Part shown: positions 56,432-64,000 of the stretch, piece by piece
Numbering within the stretch: the first letter of the stretch is position 1
Layout: each line of letters starts with the position of its first letter
From: a bacterium
GTDB taxonomy: Bacteria; Hinthialibacterota; Hinthialibacteria; Hinthialibacterales; Hinthialibacteraceae
NCBI GenBank assembly: GCA_963662285.2
Contig: CAXXMV010000002.1
Span: 1,568,001 to 1,632,000, forward strand
DNA: 64,000 nucleotides
Direction of reading: 5' to 3'
Translations under genes and position numbers: made by a program
Notes under the pieces: generated by a model
What the model was told of the DNA's origin: nothing
Seen by the model: only the letters and a program-made list of their open reading frames with translations
Databases searched by the model: none

Positions 56432-58672
56432 ATGAAGATTTCATTATCAAAATCCTTTAGGCGTACAATGGGAATTGCACCAATATTTGCAATCTTTGTA
56501 TTTTATCTTGTCTCACCAATATTAGCTTGGAATAATCATGATTATCAATTTTCGCCCTCATTTAATACTCATCATAATTCACGTTTAATCCAAATATCGA
56601 ACATAACCGATAGTCAACCACAAAATGATCACAAACAGATTGATCCAGAAACTTATGTATTACCATATCATGTCTATTTAACTCTAAAATCATTATTTCT
56701 TCTGTTTTTGATTATATTATTAAGTATTTTGTTTTACAAAAACCATCAGCTCCACAACCAAAACAATCATCTACTTAAAGAAGAGAACCGTTATCGCGCA
56801 ATTCTTGAAAATCAGGAAGATATGCTGTGCCGTTTCTCACCCGATTTCACCTTAACATTTGTAAATGATAAGGTCTGTGATTTTTTCGAAAAAGATAGGA
56901 ATGATCTGATTGATAATGATTTCTGGCCGTTGATCCCTCATATTGATAAGGAAATTGTCTATAACCAGATCAAATCGATTACGCCGGAAAATCCCACTAC
57001 AACATTAGACATCCCCATGATTCGACCTAACGGCGATATGTGCTGGTATCGCTGGTCGGCTTTCGCAATTTATACATCTGATGGAACAATCCATCATTAT
57101 CAAGCAACCGGACGCAATATCCACGATTTGAAAAACTCCCAGGATGCGCTCATCCAAATGAAAGAGGAAGCGGAAAGCGCCAATAAGGCCAAAAGCGATT
57201 TTCTGGCCCGCATGAGCCATGAGTTGCGCACTCCGCTTAATTCCGTAATTGGATTCGCTTCACTGCTTATAAAGAATAAGCAGAACAACTTAAGCGGTAA
57301 AGATGTTAATTTTCTGGGCCGGATTCAGAATAACGGTAAACACCTTCTTAGCCTGATTAACCAAATCCTTGATCTTTCCAAGATTGAGTCCGGTCGGATG
57401 GATTTTCATGAATCCACCGTTCATCTTAATAAGCTGGTTTGGGAAATACTCGATCAATTTGAACATCAGATTCGAAGTAAAAAAATTGAAATTCACTGTG
57501 ATATTCCCGAATCAATCATTCCCATTAAAACCGATGAAGGAAAATTGAAACAAGTGCTTTTCAATCTGCTGGGCAATGCGATCAAGTTTACCGAAAAGGG
57601 CAGCATCATGGTACGCATCACGGTCCACCAGAATACGCATTTACCTATCCGGCTGGAAGTTATCGATACCGGAATAGGCATCCCCCAAGAACAACTTTCA
57701 GAAATTTTCGAGCCTTTCTGTCAAGCGGATTCCAGTACCAGCCGTCAATATGAAGGAACCGGACTTGGTCTGACTATTTCTCAATCGCTCTGTAATTTGC
57801 TGGGCTTCGAAATTGAAGCGGAAAGTAAATTGGGTGAAGGATCATGTTTTCGTATTATTATGAATCCAGAACCTTCAGTTATTGATTACGTTGACCAGTT
57901 TGATGTCGGTGATTTTCAATTCGCCTATTCTCACAATTCAGTACTGTCCAATAAAACCGTCTTGATAGTGGATGACGAACAAGACGCCATCCTTCTATTG
58001 CAACACACTATTGAAGAATTCGGTTGCATGACAATAGTTGCCGACTCAGGTATGAAAGGCTTGAAACTGGCTGAAGAACATCATCCTGATCTCATCTTAA
58101 TGGATGTCTTAATGCCGGAAATGAATGGATGGGAATTTTTAATAAACATAAAAAGCGACCCCAAGTTATCTGATATTCCGGTAATCGTAGTCAGCGTCGT
58201 CGCCAGCGATCTTCGAGGCGTCTCCCTTGGCTTGGTCGACTTTCTCGACAAACCGGTTAAACCGGATGAACTCTACAAACTCGCCTGCAAGAATCTACAA
58301 AGAAAAAGGGGACGCGCCCTTCTCGTCAAAGTGGATAATGCTGATCGCAGTTTAACCAAATTGCTTTTGGAAAAAGAAGGTATTGAACTTTTACTGGCAT
58401 CCAACCAGGAAGAAGCTCTACATATCATCAATTCCGAATTATTGGATCTAATCATCGTCGACTCGTCAGCGCTTGACCAGGATGGCTCTATAGTGCTTCA
58501 AACAGTCCGGCAAGACATGCGTTTTCATGCTCTACCGATGATTATCACTGTCAACCGGGATTTACATGAAGATGAAATCCGACACCTCAATATCACCGAT
58601 CACATTCTCCACAAAGACAATGGCTACGAAGATGAACTCAAATCTACTATCGATAGAGTCTTTACCATGTAA
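56432..58672 (+). CDS. Hybrid sensor histidine kinase (TM, PAS, HisKA, HATPase, two receiver domains)
   Basis: 'FLARMSHELRTPL', 'NLLGNAIKFT', 'DTGIGI', 'GTGLGL', 'LIVDDE...DLILMDVLMP'. Confidence 0.93.
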   Translation: MKISLSKSFRRTMGIAPIFAIFVFYLVSPILAWNNHDYQFSPSFNTHHNSRLIQISNITDSQPQNDHKQIDPETYVLPYHVYLTLKSLFLLFLIILLSILFYKNHQLHNQNNHLLKEENRYRAILENQEDMLCRFSPDFTLTFVNDKVCDFFEKDRNDLIDNDFWPLIPHIDKEIVYNQIKSITPENPTTTLDIPMIRPNGDMCWYRWSAFAIYTSDGTIHHYQATGRNIHDLKNSQDALIQMKEEAESANKAKSDFLARMSHELRTPLNSVIGFASLLIKNKQNNLSGKDVNFLGRIQNNGKHLLSLINQILDLSKIESGRMDFHESTVHLNKLVWEILDQFEHQIRSKKIEIHCDIPESIIPIKTDEGKLKQVLFNLLGNAIKFTEKGSIMVRITVHQNTHLPIRLEVIDTGIGIPQEQLSEIFEPFCQADSSTSRQYEGTGLGLTISQSLCNLLGFEIEAESKLGEGSCFRIIMNPEPSVIDYVDQFDVGDFQFAYSHNSVLSNKTVLIVDDEQDAILLLQHTIEEFGCMTIVADSGMKGLKLAEEHHPDLILMDVLMPEMNGWEFLINIKSDPKLSDIPVIVVSVVASDLRGVSLGLVDFLDKPVKPDELYKLACKNLQRKRGRALLVKVDNADRSLTKLLLEKEGIELLLASNQEEALHIINSELLDLIIVDSSALDQDGSIVLQTVRQDMRFHALPMIITVNRDLHEDEIRHLNITDHILHKDNGYEDELKSTIDRVFTM

Positions 58673-58782
58673 TTTTAATGATAGATCGGTAAAGCATAGC
58701 CTATCCACGATATGGGCATTAAGTTTCATGCTGAATTCATCTATCTTGGAGGATAGGATTGCTAAAATGGAGAGAACGCCTT

Positions 58783-59364
58783 GTGAAGTTAACCGTAAGA
58801 AATAGAAACTATGCTTTCACTCTTATAGAATTGCTCATTGTCGTCGCCATTATCGGGATTCTTGCAGCTATTGCTGTTCCCAATTTTATGAATGCCAGAA
58901 CGCGAGCCATGGTGGCCCGATGTTACTCCGACATTCGTACGCTGGGGAGCGCTTTTGGAATGTACCAGATTGATAACAATTCCTATCCCAAAGGCGATGA
59001 TCTGTGGTACACCAACCAAATGTATCCCCGCCTTACAACTCCAATTGCTTATATTTCATCAATTCCCGTGGATCCTTTTGTTGTAAAGGACGATCCGCAA
59101 AGGCCTTTGTATCACAGCCTTTTTTACCCATGCTGGAATATTAATACAATGGTTATCTTACAGAATAAAACATGGGGCGGCATACCGGTTCGAAACGCCG
59201 TCAGTCAGGGTACGCATATATTAATCGTCAGTTCCGGCCCTGATAAACACGAGGATATTGCATCTCAATCAACGGGCGCCCTTACTTATCATATGTCAAA
59301 TGGTTTGATTTCAGAGGGTGACATTATCCGGTATGTTCCCGGAAATCAACAAGACGCTTTTTAA
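58783..59364 (+). CDS. Prepilin N-methylation domain protein (GspG-like pseudopilin)
   Basis: 'AFTLIELLIVVAIIGILAAIAVPNF', 'YQIDNNSYP', 'LTTPIAYI...DPF', 'SSGPD'. Start GTG 58783 or 58759. Confidence 0.88.
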   Translation: MKLTVRNRNYAFTLIELLIVVAIIGILAAIAVPNFMNARTRAMVARCYSDIRTLGSAFGMYQIDNNSYPKGDDLWYTNQMYPRLTTPIAYISSIPVDPFVVKDDPQRPLYHSLFYPCWNINTMVILQNKTWGGIPVRNAVSQGTHILIVSSGPDKHEDIASQSTGALTYHMSNGLISEGDIIRYVPGNQQDAF

Positions 59365-59367
59365 TCC

Positions 59368-59402
59368 AAAAAAAAGGCGGTCTCATAAAGAAACCGCCTT
59401 TT
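59368..59402. terminator. Bidirectional intrinsic terminator
   Basis: AAAAAAAAGGCGGT ... ACCGCCTTTT between convergent genes. Confidence 0.7.
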
Positions 59403-59459
59403 ATTACAAGATATAGATAATAACGATTACTGCAATAACCAATCGTCAAGTTATAACGA

Positions 59460-60950
59460 TTAATGCAACGACCATTCGCTAACTGAAGTTCCTCCGGTGG
59501 ATAGTACTAGATCTCCGTAGGTTATTTCGCTGTGCGCTCTGCCGCACCAGCTCAATTGAGCCTGACGGTCCATACCATCATCGTCGTTAACGCCAACCGT
59601 AAAGCCCATAGTCGTCAGATCGGTCCCCAGAGTGGCTTTTGGAATCTTGAATTCCACTTGATAGCCAGTGCTGGTTGTGCTGGTCGCTGCAAACCAATCA
59701 GCGTCCGCTCCGAAAACCGGATCGTTGGCTTCTACGTCTCGCCAGGCGCCGTTGGGGGTCAACACGAATTGCCCTTCGAATTGCAGTACGCCGCGTCCGG
59801 TGTCGTTACTGTCGTCGGCGTCAAAGAAGATTTCCACCGAGTCGTCTTCCCAGGTAGAGGCGTTTTCATTTCCAGCTTCAGCGCTGTCAGTAGAAATGAT
59901 GTCGTCAATAACAGTAACTCCCACGTAAATGGCGTCGGCATCGTGAACCACCTGGAAGGAATAATCATGATCCCCCAGCGCCCAACCATCATCGCCTGAC
60001 GGGATATCATACACTCCGGTGAAGGTGGTTACTTCCGCTTTCGGTGCGCCGGCGTATTCGTCGGCGCCGATGGTTCCGTCAACTGTAGGAGCGGCGGCTT
60101 GAGGCGCGACGTAGGTTTTTTTGCCCAACAGCAGGTTGCCGTAAGTCATTTCTACATGAGTGTTGCCAGACCAGACATACTGGTTTTCTACTGAACTGCC
60201 GCCATCGTCGTCGTCATTGATGCAGACGTCAAATCCGATGATATCGCCGGGTTGGGGATCGCCCAGGATACTTAGACTAATCCGGAACTCAGCGTCGTAG
60301 GCGGTACCCGCGTCATTCATTTGAGCTTGTGCGTACCAGGCTGCGTCAGGTCCGAATCCGGGGTTGCCCGCTTCGGCTTCTCGATAGGCGTTGTTGAGAG
60401 TGATGACGTACTGTCCGCCCGTCGACCATCCCTCAGGTTTCTCGCCCGCCGTATCCCGGACTTCGTAGTTGCTGTTGTCGCCGTCGACGAAGATTTCCAC
60501 GCTATCGTCTTCCCATGTGTTACCGTTCTGAGATTCGGCCGCAGCGGTGTCGTCGTATAGGATATCGTCGGTAACGCGCACCGCTACATAGAGATATTCA
60601 TCATCGTAACCGACAAATATCATGGCGCCGAAATCCTCGGTATATAGTGGACCTTGTCCGCCATTGTCGATGTGGGCGCCGCGGGTGTAATCGTCTTCCA
60701 GCCCGGCTTTAAACTCGTGCTGCTTATCGATGTTGTCGTCGAACTGGATAGCCCAATATGAATTTGTTCCATCACCGTAGGAACCACCAGCCCACATCCA
60801 TTCTTCCGGTTCAATTACGCCGTCAATAGTCGGCGGCTGTGGAAGTTCAAAAGCCATTTGAGTCTTGGTTTCATCATAAGTCGTCCGGTCAGCCATCGCA
60901 AAACCAGACGCCAACATAAGAAACGCTAATACAAATATACCCTTTCGCAT
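59460..60950 (-). CDS. Secreted protein with two CBM9/DOMON-like domains and C-terminal TSVSEWSLH tail
   Basis: Two domains with 'PTIDG', 'YDDEYLYVAVRVTDD', 'WEDDSVEIFxD', 'IGFDVCINDDD'. Confidence 0.85.
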   Translation of the reverse strand: MRKGIFVLAFLMLASGFAMADRTTYDETKTQMAFELPQPPTIDGVIEPEEWMWAGGSYGDGTNSYWAIQFDDNIDKQHEFKAGLEDDYTRGAHIDNGGQGPLYTEDFGAMIFVGYDDEYLYVAVRVTDDILYDDTAAAESQNGNTWEDDSVEIFVDGDNSNYEVRDTAGEKPEGWSTGGQYVITLNNAYREAEAGNPGFGPDAAWYAQAQMNDAGTAYDAEFRISLSILGDPQPGDIIGFDVCINDDDDGGSSVENQYVWSGNTHVEMTYGNLLLGKKTYVAPQAAAPTVDGTIGADEYAGAPKAEVTTFTGVYDIPSGDDGWALGDHDYSFQVVHDADAIYVGVTVIDDIISTDSAEAGNENASTWEDDSVEIFFDADDSNDTGRGVLQFEGQFVLTPNGAWRDVEANDPVFGADADWFAATSTTSTGYQVEFKIPKATLGTDLTTMGFTVGVNDDDGMDRQAQLSWCGRAHSEITYGDLVLSTGGTSVSEWSLH

Positions 60951-61118
60951 AGGAAAGTTCCTCCTTCTTCAGTTGTATTGAGGTGCAAGTCAAGAATATA
61001 GTCGCAAATTTTCATCATTATGTCAACCGCGTGTGCGGTTAACCGATTTATTTATTAAACCGTAATAAAAAATCTATGAGCAAACGTGATAATAAACAAA
61101 CATATTTTGGCAATCTCT

Positions 61119-63596
61119 CTATTTTTTATGCATAGGTAAAGTCAATGTGAACGTTGTTCCTTTTCCCTGTTCACTAATTAATCTTATGGTTCCCTCATGC
61201 AACTCAACTAACTCTTTGGCAATCGATAGCCCTAATCCTGATCCCTTGGCAAATTTTTGGGAAGCAGCCGTACGATAAAACCGTTCCCATATCTTTTCGC
61301 ATTCTTCAGCCGTCATCCCAATACCGGAATCCTTCACTGTAAGTGATACTGCATCAGCTACATGCGATAAACCAATATCAACCTTTCCATTTTCAGGTGT
61401 GTATTTAATAGCGTTGGAAATCAATTCCCCTACCACCCGTTCTATCTTGCTTCCATCAATATGAAGGTTAATCTCTTCGCCAAGTTTTGCGTTAAGCGTA
61501 ATCTTCTTCAGATCTGCGGCGGGGTGGTTTTCATTAATAATATTATCTACCAAAGTCTTAAAAGGAATATCGCTTTTCTCCAAAACAATCCGTCCAGTCT
61601 CAATCCGGTTAAGATCAAGCACATCGTTAATCAGGTTAGTCAGGCGATCCACAGATGTAGTGGCGCGGGTCATTACCTTTTGCTGCTTTTCGTTTAGCGC
61701 GCCTGCTATGCCCATGAGCAGATTATCGAGGCTGCCTTTGATGGCGGTTAACGGCGTGCGTAGATCATGGGAAGCTTGGGAGACGAATTGGGTTTTCATT
61801 TGGTCGAGTTGGATTAGTTGTGCGTTGGCTTCCTGCAACTCTGAATTGGCATTATTCAGGTACTGATTGGTAGTATCCAATTCTTCATTGGCGTGTTCGA
61901 GTTCTTTGGTGCGTCGATCAACTCGGTCTTCTAATTCAATGTTCAAAGTTGCGTATCTTTTCTGAATTTTCGCAAAACGATATGTCAAATAGATAGTCAT
62001 AAAAATAAGGAAAAATAAGTTGGCGAATCCGCCTTGTATATTCGTATAATAATGGATCGAAAAAATTGAGTTAAAATATGGCGTATTCATAAAAAACCAA
62101 CCGAATAATCCAAGTGAGAAAAACAATTTCCCCTCTAACCTTTTCCAATAAGCAAAAATAATAATTCGCAAAATTTCCAGCCGTAAAACCCATATAAAGT
62201 AAAGGGGAATATAATACAAATAAGGCAAAGGAACAAAGAAAAACAGTAACCACGAATATAGGGATAACCTTGAAAATACAAGTTTATGAAAAAAAAGTAT
62301 AATTATGCTCCATTGAAGATAACCAATAGAACCGAATAAATAAACTTTCATAAATGGAAAAGGTATAAATGTATTGAAATGACCGATTGAGACAGAAAGA
62401 AGGAATAACGAAAAATAAAAATATTCAGTTAGTTTAGGATAAAATAAATATATGGAAAAATGGATGATAAATAGAACAAATGGAATACCCATAAATATCA
62501 TCCAATAAAAAGTATTCTTGAAAACCTGGTATTCAACCGGACTGCTATCTCCAAAAATAGTTATTGAACCGATAGTTCCAGAGAAATTATTGCTATTGAA
62601 TATTTGATTAGAAATGGGACGAGCCGTATAACGAAGAACCGTTAATCCCGGATCCAGCGTTATATTCCATTGGATTCTGTCATTCTTAACAATTCCACCA
62701 TGACTGATATTGTCGAAGGTATATTGGGCCGGAGGATGTTCTAAGATAGTTATCGATTTTGTAGAAGATGGATTGATTATCTCGATAGTCGCATAGATAT
62801 TATCGTCAATAAGTTGAAGTTCCCGTTCAGCCGTGATTGATTGCATGGGCAACAGTTTTAATTCAGACAATTGTGCATGAGCCAGTTTTTTGTTATCTGC
62901 ATGGTTAGTGATCGCAATTCCATAAGATACTGTATCCCCTAAATGGATTTTTTCCGAATGCTGAAAATTCCACTCAATGCCATCATAAGACCATTCCGAG
63001 TAAACTATATTGAACTTAGCAACCCGCGTAACCCGTAAATAGACATCCTGTCCCGGTTCGGGCAAAGGATGATTCTTGCCGTATTTATTCGTGCTTGATG
63101 GTCTACTCCCTTTTGTAAAGCGAAACATCGACTTAACGGTATCGCCCGGTTTGTCATATTCCCCGTACCGCAAAAATGTAAAAAAAGTTTTAGAATCAGA
63201 TTGGGCAGCTTGATTGCGAATCATGGGTCCGACTTTACTCATATAGTTTAATGGCTCTCCCGTATCAATCCATTTCACTTTGGCGCTTAAACTCCATGAA
63301 CCGCTTCGGTTGGCGTACACAAAAAAACCTTCATCGGATAGTTTCCAGATGTCGTCGCCATTACCATAAATATCATAAACCAGATCGCCTTCATCCCCGG
63401 ATACCTCGACGCGGCCTGGAACCTTGAACATACCTTGCCTCGGCCCAAACTCTGGCGCCAGCCCCCAATTGGCAGTAGCGCTGAAAATGCCCAGATTAGC
63501 CGATTCCTGCGCCATGCAAGGAACAACTTGTACGAATGAGAACACAACGAAGCCGCAAAACAGAAACATTAGTTGAACAGAGACGCGCCTAACCAT
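61119..63596 (-). CDS. Membrane sensor histidine kinase (large extracellular domain, 7TM-like region, HisKA, HATPase)
   Basis: 'ASHDLRTPL', 'ELISNAIKYT', 'DSGIG', 'GSGLGL'; ~7 TM segments. Start 63596 after GGGAG. Confidence 0.9.
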   Translation of the reverse strand: MVRRVSVQLMFLFCGFVVFSFVQVVPCMAQESANLGIFSATANWGLAPEFGPRQGMFKVPGRVEVSGDEGDLVYDIYGNGDDIWKLSDEGFFVYANRSGSWSLSAKVKWIDTGEPLNYMSKVGPMIRNQAAQSDSKTFFTFLRYGEYDKPGDTVKSMFRFTKGSRPSSTNKYGKNHPLPEPGQDVYLRVTRVAKFNIVYSEWSYDGIEWNFQHSEKIHLGDTVSYGIAITNHADNKKLAHAQLSELKLLPMQSITAERELQLIDDNIYATIEIINPSSTKSITILEHPPAQYTFDNISHGGIVKNDRIQWNITLDPGLTVLRYTARPISNQIFNSNNFSGTIGSITIFGDSSPVEYQVFKNTFYWMIFMGIPFVLFIIHFSIYLFYPKLTEYFYFSLFLLSVSIGHFNTFIPFPFMKVYLFGSIGYLQWSIIILFFHKLVFSRLSLYSWLLFFFVPLPYLYYIPLYFIWVLRLEILRIIIFAYWKRLEGKLFFSLGLFGWFFMNTPYFNSIFSIHYYTNIQGGFANLFFLIFMTIYLTYRFAKIQKRYATLNIELEDRVDRRTKELEHANEELDTTNQYLNNANSELQEANAQLIQLDQMKTQFVSQASHDLRTPLTAIKGSLDNLLMGIAGALNEKQQKVMTRATTSVDRLTNLINDVLDLNRIETGRIVLEKSDIPFKTLVDNIINENHPAADLKKITLNAKLGEEINLHIDGSKIERVVGELISNAIKYTPENGKVDIGLSHVADAVSLTVKDSGIGMTAEECEKIWERFYRTAASQKFAKGSGLGLSIAKELVELHEGTIRLISEQGKGTTFTLTLPMHKK

Positions 63597-63720
63597 GATT
63601 TCTCCCACATAATGGAATTGCACACCAAGACAATCAAAGCGATTATCTCAAAAAATAGAAGAAGAGTCTACTTTAGTGGGCAGGATGGGGTAAAAGCGCA
63701 AGCGTAGAACTCAAGCAATA

Positions 63721-63760
63721 AAAAAGGGGGAGGAATAATTACTTATCATCCCTCCCCCAT
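63721..63760 (-). terminator. Intrinsic terminator
   Basis: GGGGGAGG ... CCTCCCCC stem followed by a U-tract on the minus strand. Confidence 0.6.
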
Positions 63761-63780
63761 TAATCAACAATTATAAGTAT

Positions 63781-63999
63781 TTATATCTTAGGATAAGTCC
63801 AGGGCGCACGGTATTCCCTGCTCAGTAATTTGTTGGCTGCTGGATTATCGGTTATTATTTCTTTCTCACCGTCCCAATCGATGCTATGACCAAGTTTCAG
63901 CGATAGCATACCCAGCAAACTCATCTCGGTTGAACGATGACCGATCTCTATATCACATATCGGGCGTTTTCCGGTTTTGATGCAGGATAGTAAGTCGCT
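63781..63999 (-). CDS. C-terminus of a Gfo/Idh/MocA-family oxidoreductase (starts beyond the window)
   Basis: Hand translation ...LLSCIKTGKRPICDIEIGHRSTEMSLLGMLSLKLGHSIDWDGEKEII...AANKLLSREYRAPWTYPKI*. Confidence 0.8.
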   Translation of the reverse strand, partial: SDLLSCIKTGKRPICDIEIGHRSTEMSLLGMLSLKLGHSIDWDGEKEIITDNPAANKLLSREYRAPWTYPKI

Positions 64000-64000
64000 C

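Noticed and set aside
1-64000. tRNA or rRNA genes
   Set aside because: None recognised by eye; tRNAscan-SE/barrnap would be needed to exclude them formally.

Overview
Bacterial genomic DNA, probably from a poorly characterised diderm lineage. The GspG-like pseudopilin style and C-terminal V-x-[E/N]-W-x-[I/L]-H tails resemble Hinthialibacterota/Sumerlaeota-type genomes (inference only). The first 27 kb is a minus-strand cluster of secreted proteins. Six large paralogues share a ~590-aa C-terminal body (cohesin - 2 Ig/cadherin-like domains - dockerin-like double EF-hand - cohesin), and each has a different N-terminal beta-propeller family. With them are a cohesin/Pro-Thr protein, a dockerin-FGE protein, a 54-aa stand-alone dockerin peptide absent from the ORF track, and related intergenic hairpins. 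This looks like a non-cellulolytic, cellulosome-like modular surface complex. Next come a divergent ATPase/ATPase-TPR pair behind a consensus promoter flanked by four CAACA-N4-TGTTG palindromes (first gene split at an A_AAA_AAG site), then a leucine T-box and leuA. The last 30 nt of leuA are amplified in a 7-unit REP-containing tandem array. The remainder is VWA, ferredoxin, carbohydrate-binding/GH, sugar ABC transporter, rhaM, UroD-family, histidine kinase and pseudopilin genes, plus RAYT and IS3 remnants. All calls come from reading the sequence; no searches were run.
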